From: Capsulimonadaceae bacterium
GTDB taxonomy: Bacteria > Armatimonadota > Armatimonadia > Armatimonadales > Capsulimonadaceae
NCBI GenBank assembly: GCA_965215505.1
Contig: OZ244065.1
Span: 4,416,001 to 4,480,000, forward strand
DNA length: 64,000 nt
Direction of reading: 5' to 3'
Part shown: positions 36,900-46,496 of the stretch, piece by piece
Position numbering within the stretch: the stretch's first letter is position 1
Layout of the letters: every line of letters starts with the position of its first letter
Program-made: the position numbers and the translations under genes
Notes under the pieces: model-generated
What the model saw: the letters and a program-made list of their open reading frames with translations, nothing else
Told to the model about the DNA's origin: nothing
The model's database searches: none

Positions 36900-37763
36900 C
36901 TACCTCTGGAAGTCATACGCCCCGCCGTGCGCGATGTAGTTGATCGGGCCGTCTACAAACTCGGCGTCCGTCTTCAAGACGGGGTGCCGGAAGAACGCTT
37001 CCGCGCTCCGGGGGAACTGGACCGGCTGGGCCGGCCACCAGCTTACCCAGTGGATCATGGCGATCATGGGCCGGGCCTGGTCCGTCAGGTTCGGCATCCC
37101 GGCGTGCCAGAGCCGCAGGTCGCGGATGACAACACCGCCCGCCCGGACGGACGGCTGGAGCGGCGGGCGCACGGCCCGGCGGGCTTCCACCACATCCGAG
37201 GGCAGCTTGATGTCGCCCGCCTGGACGTAGATCGTCGTGTCCAAATGGGTGCCGGGCCAGACCTCCGTGCTGCCATTCTCGGCGCTCACATCCACGACGG
37301 GGATGTTGACAACCAGGCCATACGGGGGAGTGGCGGCTTTCAGGTCGGGCCACAACTGCCCGCTGTCGGCGTGGACCGGCTGGCGCTGGCCGCTGCCGCC
37401 GACGGCGGTGTTGCCGCTGTAAAAGCCGTTGTGCAGGCCGCCCCCAAGCAGGCCGTGCGTGACCGAGATCACGATGTCGTTCAGCAGGACGTCTCTGTAC
37501 AGGTAGGGCGCGAACGGCGGCGGCTCCTGCTGAACATTGCCCGTGTTGAAGTTGAACGGCGCGTCCGTCCGGGCCAGGTATGCGGGCAGATCGGCCAGCA
37601 TCTTCTCGCGCAGGGCGGCGATGTGGCCGAGGTCAACGACGCCGTTCAGGACGACGATGCCGTCATCCCGCAGGGCGCGCGTGGCCTCGGCCAGGTGGGC
37701 GAGCGTGAGGCGGCCCGATCGGACCTCTTCGGGCGCGATGTCGAGGGCGATGAGGTCTGTCAT
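36900..37763 (-). CDS. Phytanoyl-CoA dioxygenase (PhyH) family Fe/2OG enzyme
   Basis: QPVHAD (HxD), NGSTEVWPGTH, RLWHAGMPN...RPM. Confidence 0.88.
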   Translation of the reverse strand: MTDLIALDIAPEEVRSGRLTLAHLAEATRALRDDGIVVLNGVVDLGHIAALREKMLADLPAYLARTDAPFNFNTGNVQQEPPPFAPYLYRDVLLNDIVISVTHGLLGGGLHNGFYSGNTAVGGSGQRQPVHADSGQLWPDLKAATPPYGLVVNIPVVDVSAENGSTEVWPGTHLDTTIYVQAGDIKLPSDVVEARRAVRPPLQPSVRAGGVVIRDLRLWHAGMPNLTDQARPMIAMIHWVSWWPAQPVQFPRSAEAFFRHPVLKTDAEFVDGPINYIAHGGAYDFQR

Positions 37764-37826
37764 AGGTTTGATTCTCTTTACGGCCGGCGCGAGGATTAGA
37801 AAATTGTGGTCTGACACTCAAAAGTG

Positions 37827-37855
37827 TTGACTTTCTGCTGCTTGTCTGCTATACT
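37827..37855 (+). promoter_or_regulatory. Sigma70-like promoter
   Basis: TTGACT, 17-nt spacer, TATACT; ~200 nt upstream of the next start codon. Confidence 0.6.
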
Positions 37856-38066
37856 ATTCTTGCGGCTTTCCAAAGCACCACCTGCCGCATTGTTTTTCCT
37901 GTACTTTCTTTCTAACCGATCTGCCGGCAACCGGCGCGTCCGGCGGCCCGGCGTCTGCCTCATGTGCCGGCACGCACTGCCTTGGGCGACGCTGCGGCAC
38001 CGCCTGTCCGCCTTGTCAGCACCACGGCGACCATCATGCACGCACGACAAACAAAGGAGAATGACC

Positions 38067-39164
38067 ATGCCCGTCGCTGAACCTCCCGTAAGTCTGCCCG
38101 TCCCTGGACTCCCCCTGGAGCCGCTCATTCCTAAAATTCCATTCGAGGCACCTCTTTCCGGCCTGCGCTTGAGGCTGCCCATCGCCCAACTCGCTGCCTC
38201 CCTCGGCCTGCTCCAGAGTCTCCAGGGGGAATGGATCGGCACCGGCTTCAACCTGATCTGGCGGCCCAACTTCGCGCCCATCGGCGGGGTACCCAGCGAC
38301 CATTTCCTGGAACTCAACTTGACCCAGGAGATCACGAAACTCGACTTCATCGGGGCACCGATCCCGAACCGTGGGCTGGCGCAGCCGGACCAGACCCTGT
38401 TCGGCCTCCACTACTTGCAGCAGGTCAGTGACCTCGTCACGCGCGGGGCGCTCCACATCGAGCCGGGCATCTGGGTCAACATGACCGACCCGACGACGCA
38501 GCCCAAAGTCGCGCCCGCCGTCGCCCGACTCTCCACCATCCCGCACGGCAACGCCCTGGTCGCACAGGGCGAGGCCGCCAACTTCCCCGGCGGACCCGTC
38601 TTCACGCCCGCCAACGTCAACCCCTTCCCCATCGGCGGGGGACCGCAGATCCTCCCGCTTTTCCCTGAGCTAAACCTGGCGGTCCCCACTTCCTTCCGCA
38701 GCAGTCCCATACCCCCACCTCCTGGGCTGCCCCCGGCGATGGCCCCGGCGGTTTTTCAGAATGTGGTGCATAACCCGAACCTGATGCTGTCTAACGCCAT
38801 CGCGGGCCAGAAGATCCTCAACACGACGGTGATCACGGTCGCGACCTCGGCCAGCATCCCCTCCTTCACCGTCGCGAACAAACCGGCCCCCGTGGTCACC
38901 CCCAATGGCGAGGGAGGTGTCGAGAACATCGCCTTCCTGAACTCGGCCGCAGGCACCCCACCGGTCCCTGTTGCGCCCCATAACCTCCCCAACGCCAATG
39001 CCGCGGAACTCTTCGCCACCTTCTGGATCGAGGAGGTGCAGAACCCGCTCGGCGCGGGCACTTTCCTCCAACTCCAGTACACGCAGACTGTCTATCTGAA
39101 CTTCGCCGGTCTCACCTGGCCGCACGTCTCCGTCGCCACCCTGGTCAAGTCGAGCGTCGTCTAG
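38067..39164 (+). CDS. Heme-binding protein (FMP-type peroxidase / nitrobindin-like barrel)
   Basis: LQGEWIGTGFNLIWRP, IPNRG, LHYLQQVSD, LHIEPGIW, TIPHGN, LQYTQTVYLNF..WPHVSVATL. Confidence 0.7.
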   Translation: MPVAEPPVSLPVPGLPLEPLIPKIPFEAPLSGLRLRLPIAQLAASLGLLQSLQGEWIGTGFNLIWRPNFAPIGGVPSDHFLELNLTQEITKLDFIGAPIPNRGLAQPDQTLFGLHYLQQVSDLVTRGALHIEPGIWVNMTDPTTQPKVAPAVARLSTIPHGNALVAQGEAANFPGGPVFTPANVNPFPIGGGPQILPLFPELNLAVPTSFRSSPIPPPPGLPPAMAPAVFQNVVHNPNLMLSNAIAGQKILNTTVITVATSASIPSFTVANKPAPVVTPNGEGGVENIAFLNSAAGTPPVPVAPHNLPNANAAELFATFWIEEVQNPLGAGTFLQLQYTQTVYLNFAGLTWPHVSVATLVKSSVV

Positions 39165-39221
39165 CCGACGGCCCCCTGCCCCCACCGACAGCGGGGGCGG
39201 GGCCATTCAGGAACAAAATCC

Positions 39222-40331
39222 ATGCCGCAGCTTCGATCCAACCCAAGCACGGGCCTCGCCTCGGACGTCACCGGCAGCGCCGCCGCCAACCTCGGCACGC
39301 TCAACCCGATTCCGGTGCCCCGAAAAAGCCCGCCCGCCTTCACGCTGGCGGACATCTCCCCCGCCGTCGCCACGCAGCATCTCGTGTTCCACGCGGGCGG
39401 CGACTCGGGTGGCACGAACCAGCAGACCCAGGAAAAACTCGCCGCAGCCATGGCGACGGACGCGCCGCTCGGCCAAAGCCCGGCGTTCCTGCTGCACCTC
39501 GGCGACGTCATGTACGGTGCCGGCAAGGATGCCGAGTATTTGGACCGGTTCTACCGGGCCTACGCGGGCTATCCCCACCCGATCGTCGCGATTCCGGGCA
39601 ACCACGACGGGGAGGTACGTTCGGGAACGGACCCGTCGAGCCTGCGGGCGTTCTGGGCCAACTTCTGTGCCGCCGCCGCCGCCGTGCCGGGCGACGTCGC
39701 GCAGACGGGCATCACCCGCACCACGATGACTCAGCCCGGCGTCTACTGGCAGATGACCTCGCCCCTGGCCGACATCATCGGCCTGTACACGAACTCCGGC
39801 GAGAACGGCGGCACACTTGAGGACGGGCACGGCGACCAGAGCCAGAAGGATTTCCTCGGTGCCGCCCTCGCCGGCATCGCCGCCCGGCGGGCCGCCGGGC
39901 CGCGCAAGGCCTTGGTGCTGGCGACCCACCACCCGCCCTTCAGCAGCAGCGGGCACGCCGGGAGCACGCTGCTGCTAAGTCAGATCGATGCCTCCTGTTC
40001 CACGGCGGGCGTCTACCCGGACCTGGTCCTGAGCGGACACGCGCACAACGACCAGATCTACTCGCGGCGCTTCACGTTCGGCGGTGCCGCCCTGACCGTC
40101 CCGTACTACGTCTGCGGGACGCTCGGCTTCGGACTCCAGGCGGTGGCCGAGCCGACCGGCACCACGACCCAGGGCACGTTGGGCGGCACGATCACTTATG
40201 CGCTGGGCAAAGAAGCCTACGGGTATTTGATCGTCCAGGTGACCGCGTCCCAGATCACCGTCACCGTCAGGACGATGTCGGCGGGCGGCACCGTCAGCGA
40301 CGCCGACACCCGGACCTATCCATTGGTCTGA
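39222..40331 (+). CDS. Calcineurin-like metallophosphoesterase
   Basis: GDSG, HLGDVMY, PGNHD, HHPP, SGHAH. Confidence 0.88.
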   Translation: MPQLRSNPSTGLASDVTGSAAANLGTLNPIPVPRKSPPAFTLADISPAVATQHLVFHAGGDSGGTNQQTQEKLAAAMATDAPLGQSPAFLLHLGDVMYGAGKDAEYLDRFYRAYAGYPHPIVAIPGNHDGEVRSGTDPSSLRAFWANFCAAAAAVPGDVAQTGITRTTMTQPGVYWQMTSPLADIIGLYTNSGENGGTLEDGHGDQSQKDFLGAALAGIAARRAAGPRKALVLATHHPPFSSSGHAGSTLLLSQIDASCSTAGVYPDLVLSGHAHNDQIYSRRFTFGGAALTVPYYVCGTLGFGLQAVAEPTGTTTQGTLGGTITYALGKEAYGYLIVQVTASQITVTVRTMSAGGTVSDADTRTYPLV

Positions 40332-40360
40332 CACACTGGTCCAATACAAGTGATGACACC

Positions 40361-40969
40361 ATGAGCCACTATTTTCAAAACCATACGACGCCGCTCGACC
40401 GCGTTCCGGTGCCCGACGCCGGGCCGCTCCCCGTCAGCACCTACCTGTCGATCACCGGCGAATTCGACCACATCTCGCCGCTTTCCAGCGCCACCGGGAG
40501 GCCGGACGAGCGGCACGTCTTCCTCTGGGTCAACGTGACGACCGGGACCTATCAGGGCAAGTATGAGGCCGCCATAGATGTCCACTCCAACCGGCCCGGC
40601 AGCGGGGAGGCCGACCCCGAAGAGGTGAAGTACCACCTGGCGGTGGAGGCCGTTCAGGAGAGCGGGTGGCCCCCCATCGGGGTCAACACGCGCGCCCGGC
40701 TTTCCTTCGTCGGTCTGGGGCTGCATGAGAGCGATTTCACCCTGGCGGAAGAGGACGACCTGCATCATCTGGTGCAGGAATATGCCTCCAACTGTGACCG
40801 CATCTCCGTCTTCGGGATGTCCTATACCAACGGCAGAGGGCTGCATGACGTTCATAGGAACGGGGGTGAGAACCAGGACGGCGCGATCGCCTTTTATTAC
40901 GACGCCGCGAACGGCGGTCCGCTCGTGCGGTGGCTGTTCCTGAAGTTCCAGCAGCCCGTCCTGCCCTGA
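40361..40969 (+). CDS. DUF2278/YukJ-like protein
   Basis: YEAAIDV, VFG, GLHDVHRNGG, QDGAI, FLKFQQ. Confidence 0.65.
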   Translation: MSHYFQNHTTPLDRVPVPDAGPLPVSTYLSITGEFDHISPLSSATGRPDERHVFLWVNVTTGTYQGKYEAAIDVHSNRPGSGEADPEEVKYHLAVEAVQESGWPPIGVNTRARLSFVGLGLHESDFTLAEEDDLHHLVQEYASNCDRISVFGMSYTNGRGLHDVHRNGGENQDGAIAFYYDAANGGPLVRWLFLKFQQPVLP

Positions 40970-40977
40970 GCCGCCGC

Positions 40978-43900
40978 TCATTTCCCCCAGCCAAACTCCA
41001 GCTCGTTCGCCCAGTGTTCCAGCCAATCCACATGGAATGAGCCGTTACGCTTGGCGACGCTGCGCCCGCGCGACAGCTCCATCGTCCCCTCGCCCTTGTT
41101 GTCGTTGACACGGAAGCTGAACTTGACCGGCTGGCCCGCGTCCAGGCGCTTCTTGACGGCGGGCATCTCCGACCAAGGGATGCTGCACTCGACGATTCGC
41201 GTGGTGGCGTCGCGCGTCATCACCAGCCTGCCGCCTCTGACGGGGCCGTCTAAGGGAGAAGTCGGCTGGCGGGGGTAGAAGTGCTTCTGAGGCATTCCGG
41301 GGTAGGACAGCCGCCATATCTCCGTCCCGCCCCCGTACTGCGGCGCGACAAGGTTGAGCGCATACTCGTAGTCCGTGTCTTTATAGTTGGTGAAGCCCGC
41401 CATGACACCGGGCGGGTGGCTGTACCAGGGTTTCTCACTTGCCGGCAGGACGTTAAAGGCGATCTGGACGTTGTCGTGGGCGGGCGCATTGCCCGCCGGC
41501 AGCTCCGGGTCCTTGCGATAGGAGTAGCGGCGGACCGCGGCGGGCCAGGCCAGCGCCTGGGGCGCGTCCGTGTCTCCGGGCTTGACGGGGGCGGTCTGGG
41601 GCCTTTGCAGGCGGACGACGTCGCTGGTCGCGGGGTAGAAATACTCGTCATCGTCGCGCGTGGCGAAGCGGACGGTCCCGGCGTCGGGCGTCGCGTCGGC
41701 GACCTTGGCGGCGAAGTAGAAGTTTTTGTCGTCATACGCCAGGTACCCCGTCGCGAAGCCTGCGCCCACCGACGGGTCGAACGACTTGAACGGGAACCAG
41801 GCCGCCTCGGTCAGGCTGCGGGCGGCCTTGCCCGCCGTGACCGTCTGCGGAAGGACGCCCTTCCAGTCGTCCAAATTGCCGTCCACGGTGATCGTCCGGA
41901 GGGCGATGAGGTTGACGTGGATGTCCTCGGCGAGCTGCGCCCGGCCGTCCGCCCCCGCCTCAAACGTCGCGACGAACGGGTAGGTGTTGTCGGCGGTCGC
42001 TCGGCCCCCGAGAACGGGCAGCGACACCTCACGCGTCTCGTTCGGCCCCAGCGTCAGCGGGCCAGGCGCGCGGACGGACAGGCCGCCCAATGTCAGCCTC
42101 AGCCGGCCCGTGACGGCCCGGTTCAGCACGTTGGTCAGCGTCAGGCGCAGGGCGGGATGTGTCCCGACGGGCGCGAGCAGGTCGTGGGCGGCCAGGGCCA
42201 GCGGCTCGATGCCGAAGGTGTGCCCCGCCCGGAGGGCGCGCGTCAGGGCGGCGAACGAGCCGGGGGAGCCGTCCGCCCGCAGGAAGAAGCCGCGCCCATC
42301 AAGTGGCACGGTGATCTTGCCGCCGCGCGACGGGACGAGGTTGCCGTAGAAGTCATACAGGTGGAACCGCCCGCCGCCGTCGGCCAGCGTCAAAGTCGCG
42401 CCGCTCAGGGTCTCCGGCGTGTCTATCTGCGTCCGGATCTTCGCCCGGTCGGCGGCAGTTTGCCCCACGAGCCGCGCCCGTGGGGCGGCCTTGTGCGCCC
42501 GCTCGGCGAAGCCCCGCGCCGTGCGGAAGGGCAGGTTGTCCGCGCCGAACTCTTCCCCCAGATCGCCGACGATCACGGCCGTGCCGTCGTCAGGGTTCCG
42601 GTTCAAGCCGCCGAACAGCATCACCCAGGGCAGGCCGTTCTGGAAGAGCAGCCTGGAAAACGGGCGCTCGCCGAGGAAGTGCTGGCTCGCGCCGACCGAG
42701 GCCGCCGTGGACCAGGCGTGGACGAACGGGACGCGCTTCGTCTTGCCGCCTGGCAGGCGCATGTCGGCGTCGCCGCTGTCGCAGATGTTGCCCCCGAACA
42801 CCCCCATCGCGCGGTCGTAGCCCGCCGCCCGGTCGCCCGCCACCAGCGCGGCCACGCGGTCGTCGGTGTTGGCGACCCAGCTCTCCGTGTCCCAGATCTT
42901 GACCCGGCCATTCGGACTCTTCCGGTTCACCCAATCCTTGACCGTCGCCATCGAGGTCAGGCCTTGATAGTGGATCGAGAGGAAGTCGAATAGCGGCAGC
43001 ATCGCGTTCGTGCCGTCCGAGAACAGCTTGTCCATCGCGTTCGAGCTGGAGTCGCAGCCGCCGACCAGAACGCGCGCGCCGTCATGCCGGCGGGCCTCGG
43101 CGACCCCCCGGTACATGTGCGTGTACATCTCCCGGTAGCGCAGCATGTCCGCGCCCCAGCCGGAGATCGAGATGCCCTCCCAGGGTTCGTTCCAGAGCGA
43201 GACGGCGTTGATGGGGCCTTTGGGCCAGCCGAAATCGCGGGCGAACTGATACGTCCATTGCTGAAAATCATCGTCATAGGACGGCAGCCAGGCCAGGTCG
43301 AACTTCGTGTCCAGCATCACGCCCTTGTCGTCCAGCCACGGGCGTGGACGTCCGAGGGGCTGGGTCGGACTGAAGAACTCCCCGCCCCCAGCCATCAGCA
43401 GCACGGCGATGTCGGCCTCCTGATACCCCTTCAACTCGCGCCCCTTGTCGGCGTACCACTCGGCGAAATCGGGGTCCGTGGTCGGCTTGTAGCCGACGCC
43501 CCAGCGGATCGCGTGGACGTCGAGCCGCTTCAGTACCGGCAGCGGCAGGGCGTCCAGGCAGAACTTCGGGTACTGCACCCGCCGGGGCGTCGCGGCGAAG
43601 GTGCGGACGCACGAGGTCAAGAACCGCCGCCCTGCCGGCCCCAGGTCCACGACCAGCGCATAGCCGCCGAGGCGGGTTGGGATGGTCGGGCTGACCGTGA
43701 CGTCCGCGTAGCCGTGTGCGGGGACCTCCGCCGCCACTGGGACCGAGCCGGCCTGAGCGATCTTGAAGACGTGCGGCGTCCAGACGTCGCCCGGTGCCCC
43801 GCGCGTCCCGTAGGCGATGACCTCGACCCGACCCGCCCCGTTGATAACGTGGTCGCCGTCGTTGACGATCTGGAAGGTCCAGGTCGGCCTGTCGCCGGGC

Positions 43901-44091
43901 CACAGAATGTTGCCCGGCGCACTGCCCCCGATGATCTGCACCGTGTAGGCGGGGCGACCGGTCAGCCCAAAGGTCTCGGCGTAGCCGGGCATGGCCGCCC
44001 CCGTCACCATCTGCCCCCGGCCCGGCAGTGCGGGAAGCAGCAGCATCAGGGCGCAGAGCAGGCCGGCTAGGCGATAAGAGGCAGTCGGCAT
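40978..44091 (-). CDS. Large secreted glycoside-hydrolase-like protein with CBM9-like C-terminus
   Basis: Signal peptide; WNEPW, SIHY and WDTESW clan GH-A-like motifs; VDGNLDDW...YLAYDDKNFYFAAKV. Confidence 0.7.
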   Translation of the reverse strand: MPTASYRLAGLLCALMLLLPALPGRGQMVTGAAMPGYAETFGLTGRPAYTVQIIGGSAPGNILWPGDRPTWTFQIVNDGDHVINGAGRVEVIAYGTRGAPGDVWTPHVFKIAQAGSVPVAAEVPAHGYADVTVSPTIPTRLGGYALVVDLGPAGRRFLTSCVRTFAATPRRVQYPKFCLDALPLPVLKRLDVHAIRWGVGYKPTTDPDFAEWYADKGRELKGYQEADIAVLLMAGGGEFFSPTQPLGRPRPWLDDKGVMLDTKFDLAWLPSYDDDFQQWTYQFARDFGWPKGPINAVSLWNEPWEGISISGWGADMLRYREMYTHMYRGVAEARRHDGARVLVGGCDSSSNAMDKLFSDGTNAMLPLFDFLSIHYQGLTSMATVKDWVNRKSPNGRVKIWDTESWVANTDDRVAALVAGDRAAGYDRAMGVFGGNICDSGDADMRLPGGKTKRVPFVHAWSTAASVGASQHFLGERPFSRLLFQNGLPWVMLFGGLNRNPDDGTAVIVGDLGEEFGADNLPFRTARGFAERAHKAAPRARLVGQTAADRAKIRTQIDTPETLSGATLTLADGGGRFHLYDFYGNLVPSRGGKITVPLDGRGFFLRADGSPGSFAALTRALRAGHTFGIEPLALAAHDLLAPVGTHPALRLTLTNVLNRAVTGRLRLTLGGLSVRAPGPLTLGPNETREVSLPVLGGRATADNTYPFVATFEAGADGRAQLAEDIHVNLIALRTITVDGNLDDWKGVLPQTVTAGKAARSLTEAAWFPFKSFDPSVGAGFATGYLAYDDKNFYFAAKVADATPDAGTVRFATRDDDEYFYPATSDVVRLQRPQTAPVKPGDTDAPQALAWPAAVRRYSYRKDPELPAGNAPAHDNVQIAFNVLPASEKPWYSHPPGVMAGFTNYKDTDYEYALNLVAPQYGGGTEIWRLSYPGMPQKHFYPRQPTSPLDGPVRGGRLVMTRDATTRIVECSIPWSEMPAVKKRLDAGQPVKFSFRVNDNKGEGTMELSRGRSVAKRNGSFHVDWLEHWANELEFGWGK

Positions 44092-44228
44092 GGGTTCCAA
44101 TCCTATCTCGCGTGTGATACAATGACTACAATGCAGTAGCCATGATAACACGGCGCGGGCGCCCTGTCAACCGAACGCGCCCCTTGTGTCACAACCTCTG
44201 TGACACTGTGACACAGCCAAACAAAACC

Positions 44229-46421
44229 ATGTCCAAAAAAACCTTTGCCCTCTGCGCCGCCCTGGTGATGGCCCTGATGCCTCTGCCGAGCCTGGCCCAA
44301 TCGCTGACCTACAGCACGTCCTGGATCGGCAACACGTTCGGCGGGAACCGGACGCCTGGCCAGCCACGAAAGCATGTGTCGCTGGCGACGGACGCGCTGT
44401 TCGTCGCGCCCGACGGCACCTGCTACACGAACACGTTCTGGGACGAGGACGGCGCGGAGGTCGCCTTCTACAAAGACGGCGATGTGCTGGGCAGCGCGGG
44501 CCACACCCACGGCTGGGGCTACGGCGGGGGTACGGAAGTCACCGCGAACGGCCGCTACCTCTTCTTCGCCCAGACCGTAGGCAGCGAAGGCGGCGGCCTG
44601 AAGGACGCGGGCACCTGGCCCGCTAAGGGCAAAGTCTGGTATGGGATCGCGCGCCGCACGCGCGACGGCCGCCCGGCACCGTTCTCCGGCGGCAAGGGCG
44701 GGGCGGGCGATACCCTGAAGCAAGGTTTCCTCCTCCTCGAAGAAGCGCCGGACGGGACGAACGCGGGTGTCGGCGGCCTGGCGGCGGACGAGACGCACCT
44801 CTACGTCAGCGACCCGGCAGCAGGCCGTGTCGAGGTCTATGACCCCAACACCATGGCGAAGACCGGCGGGTGGCCGCTGCCCCGGACCGGACGGATCGCG
44901 CTGGCCGCCGACGGGACTCTGTGGATCATCCAGCATGGCGCGGCGGCCGACAAGCCGCGCGTCGTCCATGTCACCCGTCAAGGGGCGCTGCTGCCTGGGG
45001 CGGTCACCGGCATCGCCGAGCCTGCGGCCCTCTGCTTCGACAGGCGTGGGCGGCTTCTGGTGGCGGACGGTGGTCCCGCCCAGCAGGTCCGCTTCTACGA
45101 TGTTCATGGTCCCCGGCCGCATTTCCTGGGGGCGCTCGGCTCGCCCGGCGGCATACTCGGGGGGCAGGCGGAGCAGGTCGGTCGCGACGGCCCGCTGCGC
45201 TTCAACCACCTCACCGGGGTCGGCTGCGACTCCCTGGGTGACATCTACGTCGCCTCGAACGGCTCGGTCGCGGGCGGCGGGACCGTCCTGGAGGGCTACA
45301 CGCCGGGCGGGGGACTCCGGTGGCGGCTGCTCGGCCTGGAGTTCATTGACTGCGCCGAGCCGGACCCGGCCTCCGAGACCGACGTCTACACCAAGGAAGA
45401 GCATTTCGTCACGGACTACGCCCGGCCCGCCGGTCATCAGTGGACGTACCAAGGCTACACCGTCAACCGCTTCAAGTACCCCGACGACCCGCGCCTGCAC
45501 ACCGGGGCGACCTCGGTGTTCGTCCGGCGCATCGCGGGCAAGCCCTTCCTGTTCACGACGGACATGTATTCGGCTGAACTGTCCGTGTTCCGGTTCCAGC
45601 CCGGCACGGACGGCGAAACAGCGGTCCCCGCGGCGATGTTCGCCAAGGGCCATTATGCGCCCGAGGACAAGTCGGTCTGGCCCGCCGCCCAGCCGGAGAA
45701 AGGCGAATGGCTCTGGCGTGACGCGGACGGCGACGGGAAGATGTCGGCGGGCGAGTTCGCGCAGCCCGGCACGGGCAAGGACGCGCCGAGCGGGTGGGGG
45801 TGGAGCGTGGACAGCCGGGGCGACGTCTGGCAGGCCTCGGACCGGGACGGCCTGCGCGAGTTCCCCTGCCTCGGCCTGGACGCGCACGGCGTCCCGCTTT
45901 ATTCCTATGCCTCCCTGAAGACGGCCCCGATGCCCGCGCCGTTCGTCGAGCTGTGCCGGGCCGAGTACGCCCCCGAAACCGACACGATGTTCCTGAGCGG
46001 CTACACGACCGAGCGCCCGCACAAGGGCGGCGAGTGGGGTACGGTGGGAACCGAAGTGGTCCGCTATGACCATTGGAGCCGGGGCGGGTCCCAGCCCGCA
46101 TTGCGGATCGCGCTGCCCTACGACGGCAAAAAAGACGCGCAGGTCTACATCAAGGCCATGTGCGTGGCCGGGGATTATGTGTTCGCCGCCGAGAGCCGCG
46201 ACCCGGAGCGCGTGTTTGTCTATGACGCGCGTACCGGCACTCTCCAGGGAACGATGCAGCCGGACGAGACGGTCGGCAGGAGCAGCGGCTGGGTGGACAC
46301 CCCCTACGGCATCCGTGCCGCCCGGCGCTCGAACGGCGAGTACCTGATCTTCGTGGAGGAAGACCTGGACGCCAAAGTGCTGCTGTACCGCTGGACGCCG
46401 CCCCTGCGCGCCGGGCGCTGA
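44229..46421 (+). CDS. Secreted NHL/SMP-30-type beta-propeller protein
   Basis: Signal peptide; blades LYVSD, DGTLWI, GRLLVAD, GDIYVA. Confidence 0.7.
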   Translation: MSKKTFALCAALVMALMPLPSLAQSLTYSTSWIGNTFGGNRTPGQPRKHVSLATDALFVAPDGTCYTNTFWDEDGAEVAFYKDGDVLGSAGHTHGWGYGGGTEVTANGRYLFFAQTVGSEGGGLKDAGTWPAKGKVWYGIARRTRDGRPAPFSGGKGGAGDTLKQGFLLLEEAPDGTNAGVGGLAADETHLYVSDPAAGRVEVYDPNTMAKTGGWPLPRTGRIALAADGTLWIIQHGAAADKPRVVHVTRQGALLPGAVTGIAEPAALCFDRRGRLLVADGGPAQQVRFYDVHGPRPHFLGALGSPGGILGGQAEQVGRDGPLRFNHLTGVGCDSLGDIYVASNGSVAGGGTVLEGYTPGGGLRWRLLGLEFIDCAEPDPASETDVYTKEEHFVTDYARPAGHQWTYQGYTVNRFKYPDDPRLHTGATSVFVRRIAGKPFLFTTDMYSAELSVFRFQPGTDGETAVPAAMFAKGHYAPEDKSVWPAAQPEKGEWLWRDADGDGKMSAGEFAQPGTGKDAPSGWGWSVDSRGDVWQASDRDGLREFPCLGLDAHGVPLYSYASLKTAPMPAPFVELCRAEYAPETDTMFLSGYTTERPHKGGEWGTVGTEVVRYDHWSRGGSQPALRIALPYDGKKDAQVYIKAMCVAGDYVFAAESRDPERVFVYDARTGTLQGTMQPDETVGRSSGWVDTPYGIRAARRSNGEYLIFVEEDLDAKVLLYRWTPPLRAGR

Positions 46422-46496
46422 CATGGCACGATCTTCGTGGCACGATGTATGCAGTGGGGTATCATAAGAGTCGTGCGACTGAAAGGAAATCGAAAC

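Noticed and set aside
44103-46424. Long antisense or alternate-frame ORFs (e.g. 44103-46424 -, 41281-42993 +, 15050-16567 +, 59828-61330 +)
   Set aside because: Shadow ORFs expected at high GC; they overlap genes with clear family motifs and have none of their own.
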